From Escherichia coli (lineage in GTDB: Bacteria > Pseudomonadota > Gammaproteobacteria > Enterobacterales > Enterobacteriaceae), in the NCBI RefSeq assembly GCF_046105845.1, contig NZ_CP151004.1: a DNA stretch of 64,000 bases; one strand, written 5' to 3'. The notes under the pieces were generated by a model. The model was not told the origin of the DNA, did not search any database, and saw nothing but the letters and a program-made list of their open reading frames with translations. The position numbers were made by a program, and so were the translations under genes. Of this stretch, positions 27,748 to 36,944 are shown one piece after another (position 1 is the first letter of the stretch; every line of letters begins with the position of its first letter).

Positions 27748-27804
27748 TGCCCAAAATTCATCGTAGCCATGCTTCGGTGATTCCTTGTATCTGGAGCAAA
27801 TTAA

Positions 27805-30144
27805 ATGACAGATTCAATAAATGCCAATGTTGTGGTAAGCATGCCTTCGCAACTCTTCACTATGGCTCGTTCTTTTAAAGCCGTAGCCAATGGCAAAATT
27901 TATATCGGTAAAATTGACACGGACCCGGTAAATCCTGAAAACCAGATTCAGGTTTATGTGGAGAACGAAGACGGTTCTCACGTTCCTGTTTCGCAACCAA
28001 TAATCATTAACGCTGCTGGATATCCGGTATATAACGGACAGATTGCCAAATTCGTTACCGTGCAAGGCCATTCTATGGCTGTTTATGATGCGTATGGTTC
28101 GCAGCAGTTCTATTTTCCGAATGTGTTGAAGTACGACCCTGATCAGTTTTCCTTGTGGGCAAAGGGAAATTTCGAAATATCAGAATACAGTCGAATAATT
28201 GATGGCGATTTTGCGTCTGGATATACTATTACCAATAGAAAACAGGTCCTTAAATACACTGATGGACTTTATTACCAATGGCTTGGTTCCCTTCCGAAAA
28301 CTGTAGCGCCAACAGAAAATCCAAATCTTAATAGTCAATGGTTATGCGTCATGGATGGTTCTAATTTCAATGATGCGATCATGTGCAGTCGCTACATTCA
28401 TAGCGGAGTTGACTGCGCATCGGTAATAAATAAATTACAAATATTATCAGAATATAAAAGGGTTCCTCTAGATTTTAGAGGTATAGATGTGATCTCGTTT
28501 AGTGGTAGTGTGCAAATTGGCGACTGGTTTCATTGGATTGGTGCAGGGAAGTCAAGTACTACTATCAGACCAATCTCACTAACAAAGCAAGACGTTGAGA
28601 ATAATGGCTTTGGCTATTACTCTTGGTTCATCCGTAAGAACCCTGACAAGGATCTATATTTTGCGATGCTGCAGGATATTTGTTTTGATGGACAATACCA
28701 AGACGGTTACGAAATAAATAACATTGCGCCGCAGAAGATTATTCGCGCATTCTGCTGGCATTTCAATAACGGTGCCATTGGTCGCAATATTACTGCTTTA
28801 AGATGTCATTTCAAAAACTGCCCACATGAAGCATGGGAAGGATACACAACTAATGGTGGAATGATTGATGGTATTAATTATTTGTATTGTTCATCAGAGG
28901 GAACAGACCCAATGCTTACCGCTGTTGGATTCAATGCATTTAAGTGTATGAATGGCTCTATTGATTCACCTGGCGAATACGGTACATATACCATTAAAAA
29001 CATCTTCAGTTTCGGCAACACTGCTTTCGGCCATCGTACATTGAATGACTTTAAGAGAGGTTGCGAAAATTGGGTTATCGATGCATGCCAAACATTCGAC
29101 ATGAACGATTGCCATCACTCTACGGATGGTTCACGCCGTGGTGTATTCCTTGCTGGCAATATCGGAATTCAAACAGGAAAATCAAAAGCAACTAAAAATT
29201 TTCTTGAAATTCAAGGAGAGAATATTGATGTTCTTGGTGGAAAGTATGTTGCTGCAGCAACCAGTGTGGCTGGCTTGGCTGGTATATTCGTGACTAATTA
29301 CTCGTATCCTTCTGAGTCTACAGACTTCCAATCACAGCACATTCGAATTAAAAATGTCTATGTCGAAAGGGTAAACAATAATGCGGTACGCATTGTCAAT
29401 GGGTATGACATCAACGTTGAAGATATCACGGCTGTTAGCTGTAACGGTGTTGGTGTATCATTCGAATTTGTGCCTGGACTAATTAGCGGAATTGACAATC
29501 AAGAGATAAAACCAAGATTTAACTCTGTAGGTAAGATCATAACTAGTTCGTGTTCAGGTGAAGTGCTTGTAGACAATAACCAAGACGTATTTATCACTGC
29601 CAATAGCCAGAATACAGGAGGTGGTTTTCGTGTTGGAAGAAGTGATGCTGTCCATAGTACTAACCCTCTACCGATGCGTTCCATAGCTGGTCATATTCTA
29701 GCTAATCAGGATAGATTTTTTCAGTCTGTTATATCTATTGCGCCAGAGAAAACAGATGCAACTACAAAGCCTGTAGGTACGCCTTATGCATTCACTCTTA
29801 ACGATAAGAATACCGCATCAGTACAGAGTTTATTAGTGGCAACACTTCGAGTAGCTCAACGAAGCGCTGTCTATGTAAGACTATGGACGTTATCAGAAAC
29901 ATCAATATCATCGGCGGTCATTTTTCGCGAATTGGATTCTACAGGTAATTCGTTATCTAATACTGCAATAAAATTATTATCTGATAATTCGTGGCTTGAG
30001 CGTCAGGCAATATATCATGTTAAAAGATCAGAATGTGTAGCTGTAGAGGTTTTTCTTGCTCCTGCTTGTGATGAACGCATGGATATTTCCTTGACAGGAA
30101 CAACTAGTTTTGCTGATGTTAGAGTAAGTAATTATCCAATCTGA
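27805..30144 (+). CDS. Tailspike (P22 gp9-type head-binding domain plus an unfamiliar receptor-binding region)
   Basis: 779 aa. Residues 1-~115 ([14 protein letters not shown]...[24 protein letters not shown]...[10 protein letters not shown]) align with the P22 gp9 N-terminus. The rest is different and AT-richer. Repetitive beta-helix-like motifs are followed by a ~150-aa C-terminal beta-sandwich-like segment. Confidence 0.9.
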   Translation: MTDSINANVVVSMPSQLFTMARSFKAVANGKIYIGKIDTDPVNPENQIQVYVENEDGSHVPVSQPIIINAAGYPVYNGQIAKFVTVQGHSMAVYDAYGSQQFYFPNVLKYDPDQFSLWAKGNFEISEYSRIIDGDFASGYTITNRKQVLKYTDGLYYQWLGSLPKTVAPTENPNLNSQWLCVMDGSNFNDAIMCSRYIHSGVDCASVINKLQILSEYKRVPLDFRGIDVISFSGSVQIGDWFHWIGAGKSSTTIRPISLTKQDVENNGFGYYSWFIRKNPDKDLYFAMLQDICFDGQYQDGYEINNIAPQKIIRAFCWHFNNGAIGRNITALRCHFKNCPHEAWEGYTTNGGMIDGINYLYCSSEGTDPMLTAVGFNAFKCMNGSIDSPGEYGTYTIKNIFSFGNTAFGHRTLNDFKRGCENWVIDACQTFDMNDCHHSTDGSRRGVFLAGNIGIQTGKSKATKNFLEIQGENIDVLGGKYVAAATSVAGLAGIFVTNYSYPSESTDFQSQHIRIKNVYVERVNNNAVRIVNGYDINVEDITAVSCNGVGVSFEFVPGLISGIDNQEIKPRFNSVGKIITSSCSGEVLVDNNQDVFITANSQNTGGGFRVGRSDAVHSTNPLPMRSIAGHILANQDRFFQSVISIAPEKTDATTKPVGTPYAFTLNDKNTASVQSLLVATLRVAQRSAVYVRLWTLSETSISSAVIFRELDSTGNSLSNTAIKLLSDNSWLERQAIYHVKRSECVAVEVFLAPACDERMDISLTGTTSFADVRVSNYPI

Positions 30145-30172
30145 AAAGGCGAGTCCACGCCCGCCTTTTTAT
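30145..30172. terminator. Probable bidirectional terminator between the tailspike and acyltransferase genes
   Basis: AAAAGGCG...CGCCTTTTT: a short GC stem flanked by A- and T-runs, between convergent genes. Confidence 0.5.
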
Positions 30173-30203
30173 TACCAACAACCATCTCATTTGTGAGGTG
30201 GTT

Positions 30204-31382
30204 TTACTGAAGTTTTCTTCTTGTGTATGTTAGTACATTAAATTTTTTAAACTTACTACACGGTGTCTCAATATATCTAAAACATAGCAATGATATAAGC
30301 GTGATAAACCCAGAGAGGATTATAATAATAGCTGAAAATACAAGGCTGTTAATTTGATTAACATAGCTAACCGGAAGTATTATTTTAAATGTTATAAAAA
30401 GTATAATGCCATGTAGAAGATACATGCTATATGTAGCTTCTCCAAAAACTTGACAGGTTTTTATCTTAAGAACTCCAAAAATATCGCATCCATTTGATAT
30501 CAGAATAAATGCAATACCACAGAGTGATATTGTTATTGGATTGTAAGGATTTGGAATTAAAAAACAAGTTACACATAAGATAACGATGACGAATAAGCTT
30601 GATAATATTTTATTGAAAGGCAAGCCGTTAGGCAGTTTGTGATTTATTTTTGCTGCCAGATAACCAAAAACAAATGATAAAATATGTATTTTTAATGATG
30701 GATAGAAAATAAAAGCAAATACACTCGCAATACTAAGAATTGTGTAAGTATTAAATTTGTCTCTTCTCATTATAAAAGCCATAAAAGGAAGAGATAAATA
30801 AAAAAACCATTCATAAACAAGTGACCACGGAACTCCGGCCATGATAAGCGACGTCTTGTGAAGACCGTTAACATCAGGCATTCCAAGGAAAGAAAAAGGA
30901 ACCCATCTCGCCATAGATATTATGAGATTGGCAATTCCTGTGTTAATTTTCCAATCAGAAACATAGAACACAATTATGAATAGTAGAGATAACGAAACCA
31001 GATACATAGGTGTTAGTCTCATTATTCTTGACCAAAATAAATCTTCCCAATTTACTGATTTATTCGAAATCAATTTCCCGAAGAACAAGAAGCCTGTAAT
31101 CATAAAAAAGAAAATAACAGCTATTTTTCCAATATTAGTATAAAATAACGAATCAGGATCAGACCAAACCCCAGTATGTATGTATTGCCACCAGAAACTG
31201 GAATGATGAAGGAAAACCATTAAAGCAAGAAATCCTCTAAGCCCATCAATTGATTCACTCCTTCCTTTGATAGGTGATAAGTGTGTTTCTGTGACAAATA
31301 TTCTTGCAACCGAAAGTGAAGTAATCACCGATAAAGAAGCAATTAAAAAGCCATTAAATCCGTCAAACATAGAAATCTCCAT
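30204..31382 (-). CDS. Acyltransferase-3 family integral membrane protein (Oac-like O-antigen acetylase candidate)
   Basis: 392 aa, about 10 TM segments. AT3 N-terminal motif IDGLRGFLALMVFLHH. Very AT-rich. It occupies the Sf6 oac position (tailspike, oac, int). The start could be 31370 (MFDG). Confidence 0.8.
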   Translation of the reverse strand: MEISMFDGFNGFLIASLSVITSLSVARIFVTETHLSPIKGRSESIDGLRGFLALMVFLHHSSFWWQYIHTGVWSDPDSLFYTNIGKIAVIFFFMITGFLFFGKLISNKSVNWEDLFWSRIMRLTPMYLVSLSLLFIIVFYVSDWKINTGIANLIISMARWVPFSFLGMPDVNGLHKTSLIMAGVPWSLVYEWFFYLSLPFMAFIMRRDKFNTYTILSIASVFAFIFYPSLKIHILSFVFGYLAAKINHKLPNGLPFNKILSSLFVIVILCVTCFLIPNPYNPITISLCGIAFILISNGCDIFGVLKIKTCQVFGEATYSMYLLHGIILFITFKIILPVSYVNQINSLVFSAIIIILSGFITLISLLCFRYIETPCSKFKKFNVLTYTRRKLQ

Positions 31383-31698
31383 TACCCCTGTGTTTTTTGT
31401 ACAATCAAAGATTTTGTGGGCACTAAGAAAATTAGTGTATATAAACCATGCTTAAATTGCATAAATATTGAATATGGCATCGATGGCTCACTATCCTTAC
31501 GTTATCAAAAAAATGTGTATACCGTGATTATGCTTGATAATTATTTGACCGCAGTGTTGTATAGTCTACTGCTTTCTAATCTACAAGCATCATGGCATAA
31601 ATCCAGTATCTAGAACTAATAAGATTAACAATTGGAGATCACAAGTGATTGGCTTAGTTCACTGAGCCATGCATTGTTACCCTCTGATTAAAGATTAA

Positions 31699-32856
31699 TT
31701 ACTCAGCCTTCCCATCAAGCCAGTCCGCCCACCACTGCATCATTTCTCTGCGCTTATCGAGATACTGAGCATGGTTGTAAATCCCGCGCACAGATCCGCC
31801 GTTGGCATGTGCCAGTTGCACTTCAATAGCATCAGCAGGCCATTCGTGCTCGTTCATAATCGTGCTGAATTCATGCCTGAATCCGTGACCGCTTTCCAGA
31901 CCTTCATAGCCGATTTGTTTGATCACAAGCAATACCGCGTTCTCGCAGATTGGCTTCTTCTTATCGTTACGCCCGGAAAAAACAAACTCTGATACTGGTT
32001 TGGTGATGGAGCTTAGCGTAGTGAGAAGTTCAACCACCTGGTCTGACATCGGGACCACATGAATTTTGCGTCCCTTCATCACATTGGCGTCGATAGTGAT
32101 AATCCTGTTTTCAAAATCGACGTTCTTCCATTGCATGGAACGAAGCTCTTTTGTTCTGAGGGCTGTGTAGCGTAAAACCTTGGTGGCAATGAGCGATACG
32201 ATACTTCCTGAAAATGTTGCCAGTGCTTTGTTGAATGCCGGGATCTGGTCTGCAGGAAGAAACGGGAAGTTCTTCTTGCGGTATCCCTTCATGGCGTCAG
32301 CAAGGTCAGGTGCCGGGTTATATTTAGCCCTACCAGTGACAATAGCGTAACGGAAAACCTCGCCGCATCTTCTGCGGGCTTTGTTGGCTCGCTCCATTGC
32401 ACCGCGATCTTCAAATCTGCGGATTACTTCCAGCAGTTGCATCGGCTCAATATCCAGAATCTCAAGACCGCCGATGATGGGTAAAATGTCGTCATCAAAC
32501 ATTTTGGCAAGTTCAGTTGCATAGCCTACTGACCAGACTTGCTTCTTGTGCTCGTACCATTCCTTGTAAATCGCACTAAAGGAATTGTTGTTAGACGAGT
32601 CCTTTTTCGCCTTTACCGGATCGATGCCAACCGAGATGTCTTTCCTCGCAGTCCATGCTTTATCCCTTGCCTCCTGCAAAGTCATAAGCGGATATTTTCC
32701 TACGGTCAGTATTTTTTCCTTACCGTCAATCTTGTAGCGAAGCTGCCATACCTTTTTCCCGGATACAGGGACATAAAGGTACAGGCCATTACCATCGAGA
32801 AGGCGGTATGGTTTTTCTTTCGGCTTTGCTGCTTCAATCTGCTTAACGGTGAGCAT
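31699..32856 (-). CDS. intS: Tyrosine integrase, P4-type (IntS-like)
   Basis: 385 aa from MLTVKQIEAAKPKEKPYRLLDGNGLYLYVP. HGFRHEF and C-terminal Tyr motifs. It closely matches remembered K-12 CPS-53 IntS. The ORF-track start at 32892 adds 12 aa. Confidence 0.95.
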   Translation of the reverse strand: MLTVKQIEAAKPKEKPYRLLDGNGLYLYVPVSGKKVWQLRYKIDGKEKILTVGKYPLMTLQEARDKAWTARKDISVGIDPVKAKKDSSNNNSFSAIYKEWYEHKKQVWSVGYATELAKMFDDDILPIIGGLEILDIEPMQLLEVIRRFEDRGAMERANKARRRCGEVFRYAIVTGRAKYNPAPDLADAMKGYRKKNFPFLPADQIPAFNKALATFSGSIVSLIATKVLRYTALRTKELRSMQWKNVDFENRIITIDANVMKGRKIHVVPMSDQVVELLTTLSSITKPVSEFVFSGRNDKKKPICENAVLLVIKQIGYEGLESGHGFRHEFSTIMNEHEWPADAIEVQLAHANGGSVRGIYNHAQYLDKRREMMQWWADWLDGKAE

Positions 32857-33017
32857 GGGTAAAAATCCGGTGGGTAAAATTATTTTATCCACTTTTTACC
32901 CGTCATGGAGTGCGGCTGTCAACGATCTGAAGCGAACCATGACGAACTGTGAGTTTCCGGGAGGCTTGATATTCTGGGGATTTTGCGGACTGGTACGGAT
33001 GGGAGCGAACTGATAAA

Positions 33018-33092
33018 TGGTGTCCCCTGCAGGAATCGAACCTGCAATTAGCCCTTAGGAGGGGCTCGTTATATCCATTTAACTAAGAGGAC
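33018..33092 (-). tRNA. argW: tRNA-Arg (anticodon CCU)
   Basis: The reverse complement reads GTCCTCTTAGTTAAATGGATATAACGAGCCCCTCCTAAGGGCTAATTGCAGGTTCGATTCCTGCAGGGGACACCA. It folds as a cloverleaf with a CT-CCT-AA anticodon loop and an encoded CCA. The 3' end faces int. Confidence 0.95.
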
Positions 33093-33167
33093 AATGCGGC
33101 ATGAGTATACCCGCTAATGGACTGCGGGGTAAGTACGCTGCCGCTCGATTGCTTAAACCCTCGCCAT

Positions 33168-34100
33168 TTATGCCGGGTTTTTATCATTTTTCTTAATGTT
33201 TTCCGCACGTTCTGCTTTTTGGCGTGCTTCTGCTTTGCGCTTGTTGCTCATGTCGTTACGGATCTGTGCATGACTCATTAACGCGAAGATAAAGGTGCCG
33301 CCGCAGATGTTCCCCGCTAAAGTAGGTAGTGCGAAGGGCCAGATGAAATCGCTCCAGTGCAGCGTACCGTTAAACACCAGATAGAGGATTTCAACAGAAC
33401 CGACAACGATGTGAGTGGTGTCACCCAGGGCAATAAGCCAGGTCATCAATATAATCACCACAATCTTTGCCGCACCTGCTGCAGGAAACATCCATACCAT
33501 AGTGGCGATCAGCCAGCCGGAAATGATCGCGTTGGCAAACATCTCGCTGGGGGTGTTCTTCATCACATCCATGCCGATTTTGACAAATGCATCGCGAGTT
33601 TCTTCATTGAAGATTGGCATATATTCAAATGCCCACGCCGCAATACCTGTCCCGAGAATATTACCCAGCAGCACGACGCCCCATAACCGCATAAGTAAGC
33701 CAACGTTGCTCATTGTCGGTTTTTGCATGACGGGTAGTACCGCAGTCACGGTGTTTTCGGTAAATAATTGCTGGCGGGCCATAATGACGATAATAAAACC
33801 AAAGGTATAACCGAGATTCTCCAGCAAGAAGCTGCCCGGCACACCTTCCAGTTCGACATGAAATATCCCTTTTGCCAGTAATGAAGCGCCCATCGACAGA
33901 CCCGCCGCAATGGCTGACCACAGTAGTGCCATTGCGTCGCGTTCCAGCTCTTTTTCACCATCCTGGCGGATATGCTCATGAATTGCCATCGCCCGGGAGG
34001 GGAGTCGGTCTTCATCTATTTCTATTTTTTTGCCGCGGTCTTTTTCTTCGCTTTCAACTTCAATTTCGTCGCTGTGTTGATCAATTTTGTCGTTGTCCAT
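33168..34100 (-). CDS. yfdC: Formate/nitrite-transporter-family inner membrane protein YfdC
   Basis: 310 aa. Synteny (argW, yfdC, mlaA) and sequence recall. Confidence 0.9.
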   Translation of the reverse strand: MDNDKIDQHSDEIEVESEEKDRGKKIEIDEDRLPSRAMAIHEHIRQDGEKELERDAMALLWSAIAAGLSMGASLLAKGIFHVELEGVPGSFLLENLGYTFGFIIVIMARQQLFTENTVTAVLPVMQKPTMSNVGLLMRLWGVVLLGNILGTGIAAWAFEYMPIFNEETRDAFVKIGMDVMKNTPSEMFANAIISGWLIATMVWMFPAAGAAKIVVIILMTWLIALGDTTHIVVGSVEILYLVFNGTLHWSDFIWPFALPTLAGNICGGTFIFALMSHAQIRNDMSNKRKAEARQKAERAENIKKNDKNPA

Positions 34101-34393
34101 GGTCTTTTCTCTTGAATTAGCACGTATAGCTAAAGCGTAGCGGCTTTTTTGCTCGCAACTGGCGGGAGTTACTCTGAAAATGTAGAAAAGGCCGCGTTTG
34201 CCTTTTTCTGTTTCTATAGAATCAAGTAGCCTACAGGGCGGCGATTACCAGGCTATGATCAAATCAGCAAATCAGGGCGTCTGGACATCAGTTGACGTGC
34301 TGTTACAATCGCCCACACCTAAACAGGCGGATACGGTATCGTTCCGTCATGGATGGCAAACTGCATAAGCCATAAAAAAACAGGGAGACATTT

Positions 34394-35149
34394 ATGAAGC
34401 TTCGCCTGTCGGCGCTTGCTCTGGGAACTACGCTTCTGGTGGGGTGTGCGAGTTCCGGTACAGATCAGCAAGGGCGTTCTGACCCGTTAGAAGGGTTCAA
34501 CCGCACCATGTACAACTTCAACTTCAATGTATTAGACCCGTATATTGTTCGACCGGTCGCTGTCGCCTGGCGTGATTATGTTCCGCAACCGGCGCGTAAC
34601 GGTTTGAGCAACTTTACTGGCAACCTTGAAGAACCTGCGGTGATGGTTAACTACTTCTTGCAGGGCGACCCTTATCAGGGGATGGTCCACTTTACCCGCT
34701 TTTTCCTGAACACCATTTTGGGGATGGGCGGCTTTATTGATGTTGCAGGGATGGCGAACCCGAAACTGCAACGGACTGAACCTCACCGCTTCGGTAGTAC
34801 GCTTGGTCATTATGGTGTGGGTTATGGGCCATACGTTCAGTTACCGTTCTACGGTAGCTTCACGCTGCGTGATGACGGTGGTGATATGGCGGATGGTCTT
34901 TACCCGGTTCTTTCCTGGCTGACCTGGCCGATGTCTGTGGGTAAATGGACGCTTGAAGGGATAGAAACTCGTGCGCAGTTGTTGGATTCCGATGGTCTGC
35001 TGCGTCAGTCGTCCGATCCTTATATTATGGTGCGCGAAGCGTACTTCCAGCGTCATGATTTCATCGCTAATGGCGGCGAACTCAAACCGCAGGAAAATCC
35101 GAACGCGCAAGCGATTCAGGATGATTTAAAAGATATCGATTCTGAATAA
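34394..35149 (+). CDS. mlaA: Outer-membrane lipoprotein MlaA (VacJ)
   Basis: 251 aa. Lipobox LLVGC. Matches remembered MlaA. Confidence 0.95.
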   Translation: MKLRLSALALGTTLLVGCASSGTDQQGRSDPLEGFNRTMYNFNFNVLDPYIVRPVAVAWRDYVPQPARNGLSNFTGNLEEPAVMVNYFLQGDPYQGMVHFTRFFLNTILGMGGFIDVAGMANPKLQRTEPHRFGSTLGHYGVGYGPYVQLPFYGSFTLRDDGGDMADGLYPVLSWLTWPMSVGKWTLEGIETRAQLLDSDGLLRQSSDPYIMVREAYFQRHDFIANGGELKPQENPNAQAIQDDLKDIDSE

Positions 35150-35163
35150 GAAACAAATAAAAA

Positions 35164-35190
35164 AGGTGAGTCACAAAACTCACCTTTTTT
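35164..35190 (+). terminator. mlaA terminator
   Basis: AGGTGAGT-CACAAA-ACTCACCT followed by TTTTTT. Confidence 0.85.
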
Positions 35191-35327
35191 GTTGTTATCA
35201 CTCAATTACCCCAAGTAAAAGAAGATAAACCGACAATGACCTGGACATAATTATGTAAAAATACTGATGTTCGTCATTGTCTGTTTCCGATATTCAGACG
35301 TTGAAAAATCAAAAAAACTGGACAATT

Positions 35328-36575
35328 TTAATTATCATCAAAATTAACACCCAATGCAGATAGTTGATTAATTTCATTTTGATATTTAGCCTGGCGATTT
35401 TGAAGCCTTTTTTCAACTTTATCTTCGATTTCCTTAAAGTGGTCATATTTATTTTGAGAACGGTCAACTTCGTTATCGACTAAAGTAGAAATTATTTCTT
35501 TTACATTATCGCGTCTAAATTTTGCATCGTCCACTTGAAAATTATATCTTATTGCTCGACCTAAACGTTTAAAAACTTCGTTTGGCTCTCTCAGTCTTTC
35601 CCCGTTGAGCTCGTTTACAACCTGATGATCGGAACCTGTTGCAAATGATTCTGCCATGATAGCTTTACTGCTTTCAAACCACGCTGAAGCATTCCTGGCT
35701 TTTTCACTACAATATTGGGTGAGACTATCACCATTAATACGAATTCCTCTTTGAATGTGGTAGTCGTCCTGATCATAGTAACCGAGAGATAAGTAATCAT
35801 TTCCGTTTTTATTTTTAATTACAATAGCGAGAGAATCGCCTTTTTTATCTTTACCGTACCAGGTAAATAAGTCCGTTGGTTCGCTTTTCCCATTCTCATC
35901 AAATTCCGTTATCGTATGTCTGAGTTTTTGTGATATCTTATCGAAGATAAAACCAGGATCTCCATCATATATTTCTTTTAATGCGCTGAAGATCATTTCC
36001 TTGTTATTGATATCATGAGTATTCTCTACTACATTTTCATGGATGATGGTTTGGCCGACTTTTTTGTTTTCATCGTTCGTAGGTGATTTTATTGGTTCTT
36101 GATTATAGATACCACTAGTAATATCGGCTGTATCATTGGAGTCAATAGCACCCTCATTACCACTAACAACGATACCACCATCAGTAAATTCAGTATTATT
36201 TATATCATCATGAGTCTTCTCAACTATGTTGTCATTAATGATAGCACGGACGAGTTCTTTGTCTTTATAGCTCGCAAGTAATTTTATTGTTTCTTGGTTA
36301 TCGATACCAATAGTAATATAGTCTGTATCATTGGAGCCAATATCAATATAAGTAACTGAGGAATTATTAATATTAAAACTATCAGGATTGTCGTTTCCTC
36401 GTATGGCGTTTTTTATAAGCGCAAGTAGATGTTTAACACAGGTGCTTATTCCTTCCTTACCATTAAAAAGGTTTTTGAGCTCTTGTACTAATCCATTAAC
36501 TTCATCATTGTTATTTTCATTGATAGATTCTGTGTAAGCAGCGCTGGTGTTGTTGATTGAAATAGATGGTAGCAT
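35328..36575 (-). CDS. yfdF: YfdF-position uncharacterised protein (415 aa, Asn/Asp/Ile-rich)
   Basis: Occupies the K-12 yfdF slot between mlaA and fadL. Very AT-rich, with no signal peptide or TM. The gene symbol is positional. Confidence 0.7.
   Translation of the reverse strand: MLPSISINNTSAAYTESINENNNDEVNGLVQELKNLFNGKEGISTCVKHLLALIKNAIRGNDNPDSFNINNSSVTYIDIGSNDTDYITIGIDNQETIKLLASYKDKELVRAIINDNIVEKTHDDINNTEFTDGGIVVSGNEGAIDSNDTADITSGIYNQEPIKSPTNDENKKVGQTIIHENVVENTHDINNKEMIFSALKEIYDGDPGFIFDKISQKLRHTITEFDENGKSEPTDLFTWYGKDKKGDSLAIVIKNKNGNDYLSLGYYDQDDYHIQRGIRINGDSLTQYCSEKARNASAWFESSKAIMAESFATGSDHQVVNELNGERLREPNEVFKRLGRAIRYNFQVDDAKFRRDNVKEIISTLVDNEVDRSQNKYDHFKEIEDKVEKRLQNRQAKYQNEINQLSALGVNFDDN
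36005..36345. repeat. Diverged tandem duplication (~195-bp period) inside the yfdF-like gene
   Basis: ATTTTATTGGTTCTTGATTATAGATACCACTAGTAATATCGGCTGTATCATTGGAGTCAATA (36086-) versus ATTTTATTGTTTCTTGGTTATCGATACCAATAGTAATATAGTCTGTATCATTGGAGCCAATA (36281-). The offset is 195 bp, or 65 codons. Confidence 0.8.
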
Positions 36576-36901
36576 GATTTTATTCCATGTTGATTGATTT
36601 GTTACAAATATATATTACCTAATAAAATAGACTATCAAAAAACGCTCATTTATTTAGACCCTATCTTTAATTTGAGTGTATGAGCGCACAATAGCCAGGG
36701 TGGTTTGAGTATCCTGGTAATTCAGAAAAGTAAACTCTTTGAGAAAGACGAGCAGAACGCCTGAAAATATGCCTTTCCCTTCAGGTTTGTCTGTGGATGC
36801 CACTTAATGATTTGAAAGGGCAAGCTACCATCAGGCTGTTTGCAAAACTCAGGAGGCAAGCAATGAGGAAACCACTTTCGTTGAAGTGGGGGGGGAGTTA
36901 A

Positions 36902-36924
36902 AGTCACCTGCTATGCAGGTGACT
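36902..36924 (-). terminator. fadL terminator
   Basis: Minus strand: GTCACCTGC-ATA-GCAGGTGAC followed by TTTAACT, just after the fadL stop. Confidence 0.6.
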
Positions 36925-36944
36925 TTAACTAAGCTAACGCGTTA

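Larger units (their letters stand above)
1..33040. mobile_element. Mosaic P22-like temperate prophage (Sf6-type virion module), right-hand ~33 kb, integrated in argW
   Basis: Continuous lambdoid order: ral, N, c2, cro, c1, 18, 12, nin, Q, S, R, Rz, terS, terL, portal, scaffold, coat, 4, 10, 26, 14, 7, 20, 16, immI, tailspike, acyltransferase, int. It ends with int beside tRNA-Arg. The left end is off-window. The exact right junction lies in the 3' part of argW and cannot be fixed without the second att copy. Confidence 0.9.

Noticed and set aside
31383-31698. Small ORFs (31267-31455, 31416-31613) in the AT-rich spacer between the acyltransferase gene and int, checked for xis or attP
   Set aside because: The peptides are low-complexity and AT-driven, with no RBS. 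No Xis-like basic HTH and no repeat of the argW 3' end was seen. This is most likely promoter or spacer DNA for the acyltransferase gene.
33093-33167. Spacer between argW and yfdC, checked for a second att copy or integrase remnant
   Set aside because: No repeat of the tRNA 3' segment and no coding remnant is present. It is consistent with the native argW promoter region.
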